Source: Bacillota bacterium
GTDB lineage: Bacteria; Bacillota; Clostridia; Oscillospirales; QAMX01
NCBI GenBank assembly: GCA_033813635.1
Contig: JAPXRI010000009.1
Span: 2,858-66,857, forward strand
Direction: 5' to 3'
Length of the DNA: 64,000 nt
Every line of letters begins with the position of its first letter. Within the stretch, counting starts at the first letter, position 1. The notes beneath the pieces are model-generated. The model made no database searches. It was not told the DNA's origin and saw only the letters and a list, made by a program, of their open reading frames with translations. The position numbers and the translations under genes were made by a program. Shown here one piece after another: positions 1 through 9,707 of the stretch.

Positions 1-522
1 GGAGATAAGCTTCGCGTTTTTCCCGAAAAGCCCTCCAAGCGCTTTTTCCTGCGGACGCTTTTATACGTCGGTCCCCGGGATAAAATCGTCGCCGTGCCCT
101 TAGATGCGTCGGGGCGTGATAGTACGCCCGTCGAAGCGGTCGCGGACATGCTCCTTATCCTGAGGCAGTTCGTCATGATGACGGCGGCATCGCTCTCGTC
201 GGCCGGGCTGGACTATTTACTGTATATCCTCCTCGTTGCGCAGACCGGCTTTCGCGCCGGCCTCAGCTATGCGGCCGCCCGGGTTTTCAGCTCGCTTTTC
301 AATTACGCGCTGAACAGCCGCGTGGTTTTCAAATCCGGCGGCGCCCGCCCGTTTGCGAGGTATTATCTGCTGGCGCTCTGCATCATGGCTGCCGGCGCCC
401 TGGCAACCCACCTGTTCGCCGATATTCTAGGCTTCAACAGCATTCTCTGCAAGCTGCTGGTCGACCTGCCCCTTTTTCTCGCAAGTTATTTCTTCCAGAA
501 AAAACTTGTCTTCGCGGGCTAA
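1..522 (+). CDS. 3' part of a membrane protein ending in a GtrA-like domain (5' end outside the window)
   Basis: Frame 1 is open from nt 1 to TAA at 520-522. The translated tail has several hydrophobic helices and GtrA-type segments (SSLFNYALNSRVVFK, LASYFFQKKLVF). GTG at 94 is only an internal candidate start. Confidence 0.6.
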   Translation, partial: GDKLRVFPEKPSKRFFLRTLLYVGPRDKIVAVPLDASGRDSTPVEAVADMLLILRQFVMMTAASLSSAGLDYLLYILLVAQTGFRAGLSYAAARVFSSLFNYALNSRVVFKSGGARPFARYYLLALCIMAAGALATHLFADILGFNSILCKLLVDLPLFLASYFFQKKLVFAG

Positions 523-532
523 AGCTTCTGGC

Positions 533-576
533 AAAAAAAATGTTGTCTCCCCCAAAACGGGAAGACAACGTTTTTT
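533..576. terminator. Bidirectional intrinsic terminator between convergent genes
   Basis: A8 run, then imperfect hairpin TGTTGTCTCCC / GGGAAGACAACG, then T6. Confidence 0.55.
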
Positions 577-593
577 ATATCCGTTACGTCTGC

Positions 594-613
594 GCGGCAT
601 TTGCCGCTTTTTT
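594..613 (+). terminator. Small hairpin with T-run
   Basis: GCGGC-ATTT-GCCGC followed by TTTTTT. Confidence 0.35.
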
Positions 614-689
614 AAGACGATATCTTTCCATTGCGGCGTTTCCCTTGCGTTTTATCTCAAAGCGTCTTTCGCCGCCGTCATATCTCCCG

Positions 690-1859
<1,170 letters not shown>

Positions 1860-1904
1860 ATCTCCTCCGAACCCCGGCTTTCCGGGTGTTTTGTATAAAA
1901 TATT

Positions 1905-1934
1905 CCCCGGAAGTATTATACCATACTTCCGGGG
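1905..1934 (-). terminator. Strong hairpin downstream of the first pilin-like gene
   Basis: 11-bp perfect stem CCCCGGAAGTA / TACTTCCGGGG with an 8-nt loop. On the minus strand it is followed by an AT-rich, partly U-rich tract. Confidence 0.5.
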
Positions 1935-1960
1935 AAATCGGCGTTAAATATTATTAAACT

Positions 1961-3538
1961 TTAACTCACAACAACCTGACACGCGGCATCGACTGTATCT
2001 CTTGAATCCGCGGTGTTTGTGAGCGTAATTGTTATCGTTCCTGAACCCGTTCTATTATAGCTGTCAACTCTAAGTGTTAAGGTATTTCCGCTATACCAGA
2101 CAGCTGGACCTTCATCGGTATAATCCAGTATGACAACTTCAGGATTTGAACTAACCCACGTTATTTTATATTTATTCCCGTTTGGCGCATTATAGAAATA
2201 ACCTCTTCTGGATTGCGGACCAGTTGTCACTCTTGTTATCGTCCCGTTTCCGTTCATAGTAAACGTTGCGGAGATTGTCGTATCGTTGTACCTTGGCATC
2301 GTGATGCTCGTTTTATTCAACGCTATTTGCGGCTGTAGCCTTACTACGGTCACATTGCAAATCGCCGAAACCGAGGTGTTGTCGGTTACTGTTACCTTAA
2401 TCTGCGCACTGCCCGGAGCGAGTGCCGTGACAGTACCGCTGGAATCTACCGTCGCCACACTTGGATTGCTGCTCGACCATGTGAGATCGTTTTGTGTTGT
2501 GTTCGACGGGGTAATAGTCGCTATAAGTTGCTGGGCCGGATCGCCTAAGATCATGTTAAGTGTATTTTTATTGAGCGTTATCCCTGTCGCCGGAATAACC
2601 CGCCGCAACACCGTAACATCACACGAGGCGGAAAACTCCGTTCCGGTCACCGTCACCGTAATCTGTGCTTCGCCCGGTGCGACTGGAGTCACATTGCCGT
2701 TAGCGTCAACAGTCGCGACCGCGGTGTTGCTGCTTGACCACGTCAAGGCCGTCTGCGTCGCATTTGACGGAGTTATCGTCGCTGTCAGCTTCACCGCCAG
2801 ATCTCCCTCGGTCGCTGAAATCTCTGTCCGGTCCAGCGTCACGCCCGTCGCGGGGATGATAACCGTGACATCGCACGCGGCGGAAAGCCCCGTTCCGGTC
2901 ACAGTCACCGTAATCCGCGCGCTGCCCGGCGCGACTGACGTCACATTGCCCTTGTTATCTACCGCCGCGACGCCGTTATTGCTGCTCGCCCATGTCAGCG
3001 CCCTCTGCGTCGCGTTTGCCGGAACGACCGCGGCGTTCAGCTTCACCGCCGTGCCGACGGATATCGTAAGCGTCGTCCGGTCAAGCGTAACTCCCGTAGC
3101 CGGGACGGGCGCTCCGATAATCCATGTCCCCGAATTGTTGACCAGTGGCATATCGGGAGACAAAAGGAGATAAGTGGTGCCGCTGCCGTCTGGGTCCTCG
3201 CCCTCAGCGGTGACCGCGCCGGTTGGGTTGTGGTAATAAAACCCGCAGCCGCGCTGCTTCGCCGTGAGAATGTCGTTTTCCAGCCCCGAGATTTTCAGCG
3301 CGCTTCCCACGTTGTCGACAGGCTGGCTGCTGCCGACTACGTTTAATTCGATTGCGTACTTTATCGCGTCCTCGATGGCCTTTGCGCTCGAGTTGTCCGC
3401 CGACCTGTTCGCCCGCGAAATCGTCCCGGACATCGTCGGCACCGCGATCGCCGACAGCACCGCGATGATGGCGACTGCGACTACCAGTTCGATGAGGGTA
3501 AACGCTTTTTTGCTAAGCATGCATTTTATCCTTCGCAT
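1961..3538 (-). CDS. Type IV pilin-like protein (prepilin N-terminal methylation motif) fused to 3 close plus 1 divergent Big_2-type Ig-like repeats
   Basis: N-terminus MRRIKCMLSKKAFTLIELVVAVAIIAVLSAIAVP, with Glu at +5. Three ~85-aa repeats of the form IPATGVTLDRT...LTWSSSN..VATVD..G.VT.VAPG.A.ITVTVT. An alternative start is M7 at 3520. Confidence 0.8.
   Translation of the reverse strand: MRRIKCMLSKKAFTLIELVVAVAIIAVLSAIAVPTMSGTISRANRSADNSSAKAIEDAIKYAIELNVVGSSQPVDNVGSALKISGLENDILTAKQRGCGFYYHNPTGAVTAEGEDPDGSGTTYLLLSPDMPLVNNSGTWIIGAPVPATGVTLDRTTLTISVGTAVKLNAAVVPANATQRALTWASSNNGVAAVDNKGNVTSVAPGSARITVTVTGTGLSAACDVTVIIPATGVTLDRTEISATEGDLAVKLTATITPSNATQTALTWSSSNTAVATVDANGNVTPVAPGEAQITVTVTGTEFSASCDVTVLRRVIPATGITLNKNTLNMILGDPAQQLIATITPSNTTQNDLTWSSSNPSVATVDSSGTVTALAPGSAQIKVTVTDNTSVSAICNVTVVRLQPQIALNKTSITMPRYNDTTISATFTMNGNGTITRVTTGPQSRRGYFYNAPNGNKYKITWVSSNPEVVILDYTDEGPAVWYSGNTLTLRVDSYNRTGSGTITITLTNTADSRDTVDAACQVVVS
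2342..3103 (-). repeat. Three tandem ~250-260 nt coding repeats (Big_2-like modules) inside the pilin-like gene
   Basis: The repeats are visible at DNA level. Compare for example the segments starting TTCCGGTCACCGTCACCGTAATC at ~2640 and TTCCGGTCACAGTCACCGTAATC at ~2890. They also generate the long antisense shadow ORF 2286-3173. Confidence 0.75.
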
Positions 3539-3581
3539 AATAAACGCGGCTCCTCTCGAAAAACGACATATATTGATTATA

Positions 3582-3610
3582 ATTATAATCTGTTATTATA
3601 CTGCGGTCAA
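3582..3610 (-). promoter_or_regulatory. Sigma-A type promoter for the first pilin-like gene
   Basis: Minus strand TTGACC (3610-3605), 17 nt spacer, TATAAT (3587-3582). Confidence 0.5.
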
Positions 3611-3661
3611 GCGTTTTATATCTACAAAGCAAAAGTATTCGTACAGAAGTTTATTCGTAAT

Positions 3662-5143
3662 TTATTCCGTGATTACAATATTAAAACTGCTAGATGTAAC
3701 CAAATCAGAAAATGTACCATCAAAATACTTATAAATCTCTATTGTTACCTTTGCGTTAGCATTTTTTTCAATACTCTCATTTCCACTTTCTTTTTTCCCA
3801 GTAAGCTTCAATTCAAGTGTTTTGTTGATTATATCAACCGTCATTAACACACTCTTCTTTTGATTCGTTTCAACATAATTAATGCATGAACATTTCAAAT
3901 AATATTCATTACCATCATAGTTAAAATAAAACCAATAGTATAGTTCTTTATAACTACTGTTTGAAGATCCGCTCGAATTTCCTTCTGAAATATTTGGTGC
4001 TATACCAAATCTAACAGTTTTTATTGCTATATTATCAGGTCCGCTATCTTTATCGATTAAAACATCTCCCGCCGGACTAAATGAAATAGATTGTACTGGT
4101 ACAGATACTGTCACTGAACATGTATCTGTATAATCCGTGAGAGAACCGTTTACCATTAATACTACCGTAACTGTAACAGGGCCTGGAGCCTTCCCCATCG
4201 TAAGATTAAAAGTATTACCGGTATCCGTGCCATTCTTTATTGCAGATCCTGTAAAACTCCATTGATATGACAATATGTCCGAAGCATTCGACGATGTTCC
4301 GGATGCGGTAAACGAGACCGCTTCACCTGTCGTCGCGGTTGTCGGACCGGCAATAATACTCACGCTGTACGAAGAGGGAGCATTTTCCACCGCGATGGTA
4401 TGCGTATCTGTTTCCCCGGTTGACACACCGTTTGCATATAGGGTTACCTCCACGACAACGCTTCCCGCTGTGCTCCCCGTTGTAATGGTATAAGAATCGT
4501 TATTGTCGGTATCTTCGCTATTTGCTTCACCCGACAGTATCGTCCATACATATGTAAGGATATCCGAAGCCTGTGATGAGGTACCCGTCGCTGTTAACGT
4601 TATACTCTGATTTATCTGAGAGGATTCCTGACCGGATATGCTAACGCTGTATGCCGGATTAATCTCTCCGCCGGATTCACCTCCGCCCTCGCCGCTACCG
4701 GAACCGCCTCCGCCACCGGATACCTCCTCAATCCGCCAGCCGGCGCCGGGAACATACTTCATCGGCGAGTCACCGGAAAGCAGCACATAGCCCGTACCGG
4801 GATTTGCTCCGGCCACTTCGACCTCGCCGTTTGTATTTTTGTAGTAGAAGCTGTAGCCGTTCCTTCTTGCCGTCAGCACACTCTCGCTCATCCCGGAAAG
4901 CCGAAGCGCAGCCTCCACATTGGTGTCGGCGGTATCGCTTGACGCCTCCTTCGAAGCGATAGCGTATTTGATCGCGCCTTCGATGCTTTTCGCGTTGGCT
5001 ATATCCGCCGATTCGTTTGCCCGCGAGACGACGCCCGAAACCGTCGGAATAGTGATCGCGGAAAGGATAATCAAAACTGCGATAACGATGATAAGTTCCG
5101 TAAGGGTAAACGCTTTTTTGCCTAATGTCTGCAGTTTGCGCAT
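3662..5143 (-). CDS. Second type IV pilin-like protein: Gly/Ser linker, two PKD/Ig-like repeats and an AT-rich-encoded C-terminal domain
   Basis: N-terminus MRKLQTLGKKAFTLTELIIVIAVLIILSAITIP. The first ~130 aa align with the neighbouring pilin-like protein. Linker SGGGGGSGSGEGGGESGG. Two ~90-aa repeats (TATGTSSQASDILTYVW / TASGTSSNASDILSYQW). Confidence 0.8.
   Translation of the reverse strand: MRKLQTLGKKAFTLTELIIVIAVLIILSAITIPTVSGVVSRANESADIANAKSIEGAIKYAIASKEASSDTADTNVEAALRLSGMSESVLTARRNGYSFYYKNTNGEVEVAGANPGTGYVLLSGDSPMKYVPGAGWRIEEVSGGGGGSGSGEGGGESGGEINPAYSVSISGQESSQINQSITLTATGTSSQASDILTYVWTILSGEANSEDTDNNDSYTITTGSTAGSVVVEVTLYANGVSTGETDTHTIAVENAPSSYSVSIIAGPTTATTGEAVSFTASGTSSNASDILSYQWSFTGSAIKNGTDTGNTFNLTMGKAPGPVTVTVVLMVNGSLTDYTDTCSVTVSVPVQSISFSPAGDVLIDKDSGPDNIAIKTVRFGIAPNISEGNSSGSSNSSYKELYYWFYFNYDGNEYYLKCSCINYVETNQKKSVLMTVDIINKTLELKLTGKKESGNESIEKNANAKVTIEIYKYFDGTFSDLVTSSSFNIVITE
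4103..4654 (-). repeat. Two tandem PKD-like coding repeats (~270 nt each)
   Basis: Protein residues ~164-253 and ~257-347 share the pattern S.SI.G......G....TA.GTSS.ASDIL.Y.W. Confidence 0.6.
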
Positions 5144-5183
5144 AATATGTACCCCCGTCCCCGATTTTTATGCTGTTTTTTCG

Positions 5184-5212
5184 ATTATAACGTGATTTCC
5201 AAATTATGTCAA
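5184..5212 (-). promoter_or_regulatory. Consensus sigma-A promoter for the second pilin-like gene
   Basis: Minus strand TTGACA (5212-5207), 17 nt spacer, TATAAT (5189-5184). A G-rich RBS lies before the ATG at 5143. Confidence 0.6.
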
Positions 5213-5368
5213 GATTATTTATAATAACTGATAATAATATTTATTCCGATATTTTTTGACAGAATCCAAATACTCCGCCTCCGTATGATTATGACACCTT
5301 TTTTGCGGTTTTTAGCCGTTCGCGGCAGATTGGATGCACCCAGTGTTCCGGATGGATTCGGGATGCAT

Positions 5369-5395
5369 AAAAAAGAGTTCCGTTTTCACGGAACC
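5369..5395 (-). terminator. Intrinsic terminator after the BNR-repeat gene
   Basis: Minus strand GTTCCG-tgaaaa-CGGAAC followed by TCTTTTTT. Confidence 0.55.
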
Positions 5396-5511
5396 CGAAG
5401 TGATTTTCAGTTTTCGACGGAAAGCGAGTTTATAATCTTATAAACTGATTTCGGCGGCAGTCTTTTATCTTTCGCGCCATTTTAGCGCCGCCGCCGGTCA
5501 GGTTTTTCCGT

Positions 5512-7719
5512 TTAGTCGTTTTCCCCTATGTACCCGAACGCCCGGCCCATCCAGTAGGCGTAGATGAAATCCGTCGGCGCGCACTGGGTGCGGTTGACGC
5601 CGTTGCCGTTCAGGCATAAAAGCCGCTCGGCCTTTCCGCCGCCGACATCCTGGCGGTACAGCCCGGAGGGCGTGTCCACATAAAGGCAGTTGTGCTCCGG
5701 AACATATGTCATTCCCCTGATGAAGCCGATATGGTACCCGCTCCCGAACGGTGCAAAGTCCGCGCCGTTCTTGCTTATAAACAGCCCGTTGTTTGTTCCG
5801 GCGCAGATGGCGCCGCCAATGAACTCAAAGCAGGTAACGCTCCTGTCCTCGAGCCCGCTTCCGCGGCCCCAGCCGTCCGGGGTAACCCCCGCCGTGCCCA
5901 GCGTCGTCAGGAACGGGACGCCCTCCTTTGCGACAAACAGCATCGAGCCCCGCGTAAAGCCAGTAATGCCGTATATCTCATCCGCCGAAGTTTCGCAGAC
6001 ACGCGCGCCGAGCACCGGCAGATGCCAGAACGCGCCGAAATACGCCTTGGAATAGCTCCATGCCGGGTCGCCCTCGGTTTTTTTATACAGCCTGCCGTCG
6101 CAGAATTTGCAGAACATCGCTTTTCCGCCCACAAAGGTTATCCTCAGAGCGTTGTTTTTCAGATAGGCGTTCTCGCCCTTTATATCCGGAATATTCGGCT
6201 CACAGAGCGTCCAGTTCAGCGCCGTTGAGGCCATACTGCCCCCGTTGTCCAGGCTCTTGTAGACGCCCTTATCGGTTATCGCGTAGAAAACGCCGCCGGG
6301 GCTTTGGTAGAGCCTCTGCGCGCCTGCGTTTTCCGCGCCCGGCAGCCCGACCTTTTCCCAGCTCATTCCCCCGCTGACGCTGCGGTAAACTCCGTCGGCC
6401 GCCGCGGCCAGCGAGAGCCGCATCGTCTCCCTGTCGTAAATCACGTCCACCGTCCCGACGGGCAGCGGCATCGCGTGGAAGGTCTCGCCCCCGTCCTCGG
6501 AACGCCAGTATGAACCGTTTTCCTCGAGAACGTTGATAATGCACGGGTCCTCGTCGCAGGCGGCCACCTTTCTTACCGGCCTTGAGAGCCATCCGTCGCA
6601 GCGGTACGGGCTGCCCTTCCACTCGAGTTCGTTATCAATCGGACGCAGGGCCATCGGCACCGGGCGCGGCGCCCGATCGTTCACCCGCAGAAACGGACCG
6701 TTCTGCGGCGTATTGAGCTTCGGTTCGTAAAAGCGGTTCTCGTCGTAGCCCGTTAGCGTATCAATGCCCTCGTCGATCTCTCCGTCGCCGGTGATCTGCT
6801 TTGACAAAAAATTAAACGGTGTCACAAGGTCGTGCCGGTAGACCTCGTTCAGAACAGCCGCGTAGGCGCGGTAGAACGCCCGCTTTACCGGATCTTCCTC
6901 GATCAGGTGCATCAGGTACAGGTCCGGAAAAACATGCTCCGCGTCGTCATGGTCCGGCCTGTAATCCCGCATAGCCTCGCGCATCGCCTCCGTATCCCCG
7001 AGGCGCGCCATGTCGAGCCTGCCGCAGAGGTCCTCGTAGAGCGCCTGGAAGCGCCGGTCGCCGGTGACATAATCGAGCATTTTGCAGTTCGTAAGCGCCA
7101 TTGTCAGGCAGTCGTTCGGGGTTCTGTGGCTCGTGAAGACGATCGCCGTGGACGGGTCGCCGTCGCCGAGGACCGCGTTCATACCGTAGTCAAGATAGAC
7201 CCTCCGGCCCAGCAGCCCCAAATCCTCTCTGATTCGCGCCTTTTGCTCCTCGGTTGCCGCCAGAACATAGTACATAGTCATCCCGCGGATATAGTGGTCG
7301 TGGTTGTGGTGGCTCGGCGAGGAGATATAGCGCATCTCTGCGTATTCGCCCTGCCCCTGCCGGCATATTTTCCCCTGAAGCCCTCCGCTCTTCTCCTCGG
7401 CGGTGAGCCCGTGCTTAGTGAGATACCCCCTGCACAGGACGCCCGGCGTGCCCGAGATGCGGATGCAGTTTCCCATGCAGCGGAGGACCTCGTCCGCATG
7501 CCGGCGCACCGCGTCGTCCCCGGTGGCCGCGTATTTAAAAGCGAGCCCGCTGAGATACACGCCCGTCCACGTTATCGCGTGGGCGAAGATCTTCTCGTTT
7601 GGGTCAATCATGTTTCCCCTCTGGTCCACTTCGACGGCGGAGCCCACAAGCCCGCCGTCAATAAGGTGCTTTTCCGCCATCCTTTTCTCAAGAAAAACAA
7701 TCTTTTCACAGAGCTTCAT
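5512..7719 (-). CDS. Large cytoplasmic protein with a helical N-terminal half and a C-terminal BNR/Asp-box beta-propeller (putative glycoside hydrolase-like)
   Basis: Asp-box-like motifs SEDGGETF, SVSGGMSW, SLDNGGS. No signal peptide. The likely start is M36 of the ORF (ATG at 7719), preceded by GGGGAGAG. Confidence 0.65.
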   Translation of the reverse strand: MKLCEKIVFLEKRMAEKHLIDGGLVGSAVEVDQRGNMIDPNEKIFAHAITWTGVYLSGLAFKYAATGDDAVRRHADEVLRCMGNCIRISGTPGVLCRGYLTKHGLTAEEKSGGLQGKICRQGQGEYAEMRYISSPSHHNHDHYIRGMTMYYVLAATEEQKARIREDLGLLGRRVYLDYGMNAVLGDGDPSTAIVFTSHRTPNDCLTMALTNCKMLDYVTGDRRFQALYEDLCGRLDMARLGDTEAMREAMRDYRPDHDDAEHVFPDLYLMHLIEEDPVKRAFYRAYAAVLNEVYRHDLVTPFNFLSKQITGDGEIDEGIDTLTGYDENRFYEPKLNTPQNGPFLRVNDRAPRPVPMALRPIDNELEWKGSPYRCDGWLSRPVRKVAACDEDPCIINVLEENGSYWRSEDGGETFHAMPLPVGTVDVIYDRETMRLSLAAAADGVYRSVSGGMSWEKVGLPGAENAGAQRLYQSPGGVFYAITDKGVYKSLDNGGSMASTALNWTLCEPNIPDIKGENAYLKNNALRITFVGGKAMFCKFCDGRLYKKTEGDPAWSYSKAYFGAFWHLPVLGARVCETSADEIYGITGFTRGSMLFVAKEGVPFLTTLGTAGVTPDGWGRGSGLEDRSVTCFEFIGGAICAGTNNGLFISKNGADFAPFGSGYHIGFIRGMTYVPEHNCLYVDTPSGLYRQDVGGGKAERLLCLNGNGVNRTQCAPTDFIYAYWMGRAFGYIGEND

Positions 7720-7912
7720 TTCTACTCTCCCCGCTTTCAAAATTAATCGTTCCTGTCCCATTATATACCAATTTATACGCTGTTTCAAACGTATAACGGC
7801 ATGCAGGCTCTGAAATAACGGCATTTTTCATTGATAAATGCGGCGTCTCCCGGAGCGGTTTATGCTGCCGGTTCCGTTTCACCCTAAAAATTAATTACAT
7901 TTACCAAATAAT

Positions 7913-7948
7913 TATTGATAATACCGCCCGTTTATGTTATTATCAATA
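7913..7948. promoter_or_regulatory. Palindromic element readable as two overlapping divergent promoters
   Basis: 11-bp perfect inverted repeat TATTGATAATA (7913-7923) / TATTATCAATA (7938-7948) with a 14-nt spacer. Each strand reads TTGATA-17 nt-TATTAT. Confidence 0.45.
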
Positions 7949-8051
7949 TGTAAATTGTCGGTCGTGGAACAGCATGCTTCTTTGAGCAGTGCGTCTCATT
8001 GCGTGAACGGATCTGAATATTAAAGCTAGGGTCTTGCCGTATGGGGGAAAA

Positions 8052-9662
8052 ATGATTGACATTTCGCAGAGTAGGAAAAGTTTAAAGCGCGTCCGTTGTT
8101 TCCTGATTATCCTTCTGTGCGCCGCGGTGCTCAGTTCCTGTGCCATAATTATGACTTGGACCTGCTCCATTGCGCTCATGATCGAGAATGCCAGGGTGTT
8201 AGCGGCGGCCTTCGCCGCAGGCATATCCGATACCGACATAGAAAAGCTCATCATACACAAGGATGCAGCCGCGCTTCCGGAGTATTCCGCCCTGGTTAGG
8301 ACGCTAACAGAGATGGCGGATTCCCGGGAAGAGGTGACCCGCATCCTTTTGCTTGTCGGAGACCGCGGGGAATTCCGCGTCGCTGCCGATTCCTCCGACG
8401 GGACGCCGCCCGGCGCTGCGTATGACGGCGACGGGCCCGCCAAGGCGCTCCAAACGAATAAACCCTATGTCTACAGCGCGGTCGGAAAAGACAGGCGCAT
8501 TCACGTTTATGTACCGAAAGCCGCTCAAGACCCCGGACAGACAGCCGTCCTTTTCGTCGATTTTACAGCAAAGCACTGGTACGCGCTGGCGTTCAGAGAA
8601 ACCGTCAAAACGGCCGCCCTGTGCGTCCTGATCGCCTCGGTCTTCATTCTTGCGCGTATGATGCTGTTAAAAAACACTGCGCTTTACATAAGAGTTAAAG
8701 CACCGAAATATAAATCAGGGGGCGGCGTAATCACGCTGAAAAGCGGTCTAAACAGGGCGCCGGTCGGAACGACGGCCGCGAAGAGGCGCCGGTTAACGGG
8801 CGACATCGGCCCGATTTTAAGAGAGTTTCCCGGCGATCTAATAAACATTCACCCCCGCCGGGCAGCAAATCCCCCGTACGCCGGGCAGCCGGAAGATTAT
8901 ATGCTGATAAAGCGCTTCGTCAGGCCGGACGGGTCGGACGTCTGGCTCAGTATGCTAATCCCCCCTCCCGCCGTATATAGCGCCGACAGCGGCTCCCAAA
9001 GCCGACTCAGCCTTATTGAAAATACCTGCGAACAAACCGCGCAGCCGGCGGACAAGCCCCACAAAACGGTGCCCGGGAGGCTTTTTAGCCGCAAAAGGCG
9101 CAGAAGCGGGCTGGCGTTCTCATTGATGCGCGAGCGCTACGAAAAAAGCATCGAAACGGAACAGCACCTGAATCGGCTCGCCGCGCTCTCGAGAAGGACC
9201 GGCGAGGCGATGAATGTCTCGGGCGACCTCCTCGCGCAGCTCGACCTTCTCGCGGCTCTCCACGATATCGGAAAAGTGGCTCTGGACGACGCTATTCTCG
9301 AAAAACCCGGAGCGCTCACTCCGTCGGAGCGGCGCGCGGTGGAAACGCACCCGGAAATCGGCTACCGCATCGTAAAGTCCTCGCCGGAGCTCGCGCCGGT
9401 CGCCGAGTACATCCTCTGCCACCATGAACGCTGGGACGGGAAGGGTTACCCCCGAGGCCTCTCCGGCGATCAGATTCCCCTGTTGTCGCGGATACTCGCC
9501 GTAGCGGACGCGTACGACGCGATGACAAGCGACCGTGTCTACAGAAAAGCTCTCACCGCCGAACACGCGCTCGACGAGATACAGAGAAACAACGGAACAC
9601 AGTTCGACCCGAGCGTCGTGGAAGCGTTTGTCGAAACTGTCCTGAAGCGATACCCATCATAA
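8052..9662 (+). CDS. Membrane sensor protein with periplasmic-type sensor domain, degenerate PAS and C-terminal HD-GYP domain (putative c-di-GMP phosphodiesterase)
   Basis: HDIGKVAL...HHERWDGKGYPRGL...AVADAYDAMTSDRVYR. Two predicted TM segments flank a ~170-aa loop. ATG at 8052 is preceded by GGGGGA. Confidence 0.8.
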   Translation: MIDISQSRKSLKRVRCFLIILLCAAVLSSCAIIMTWTCSIALMIENARVLAAAFAAGISDTDIEKLIIHKDAAALPEYSALVRTLTEMADSREEVTRILLLVGDRGEFRVAADSSDGTPPGAAYDGDGPAKALQTNKPYVYSAVGKDRRIHVYVPKAAQDPGQTAVLFVDFTAKHWYALAFRETVKTAALCVLIASVFILARMMLLKNTALYIRVKAPKYKSGGGVITLKSGLNRAPVGTTAAKRRRLTGDIGPILREFPGDLINIHPRRAANPPYAGQPEDYMLIKRFVRPDGSDVWLSMLIPPPAVYSADSGSQSRLSLIENTCEQTAQPADKPHKTVPGRLFSRKRRRSGLAFSLMRERYEKSIETEQHLNRLAALSRRTGEAMNVSGDLLAQLDLLAALHDIGKVALDDAILEKPGALTPSERRAVETHPEIGYRIVKSSPELAPVAEYILCHHERWDGKGYPRGLSGDQIPLLSRILAVADAYDAMTSDRVYRKALTAEHALDEIQRNNGTQFDPSVVEAFVETVLKRYPS

Positions 9663-9707
9663 AACTAGCTATGAAATTCCAACGGAGCGCAAAGCGCCCG
9701 TTAAAGG

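Noticed and set aside
2286-3173. Long antisense ORFs fully inside recognised genes. Examples: 2286-3173(+), 6832-7746(+), 17712-18509(+), 18873-19661(+), 39440-40627(+), 50085-51482(+), 54697-55404(+), 60510-61151(-).
   Set aside because: They are shadow ORFs typical of GC-rich DNA. They have Arg/Pro/Ala/Gly-rich low-complexity translations, no RBS and no recognisable motifs. Each lies opposite a gene with clear family signatures.
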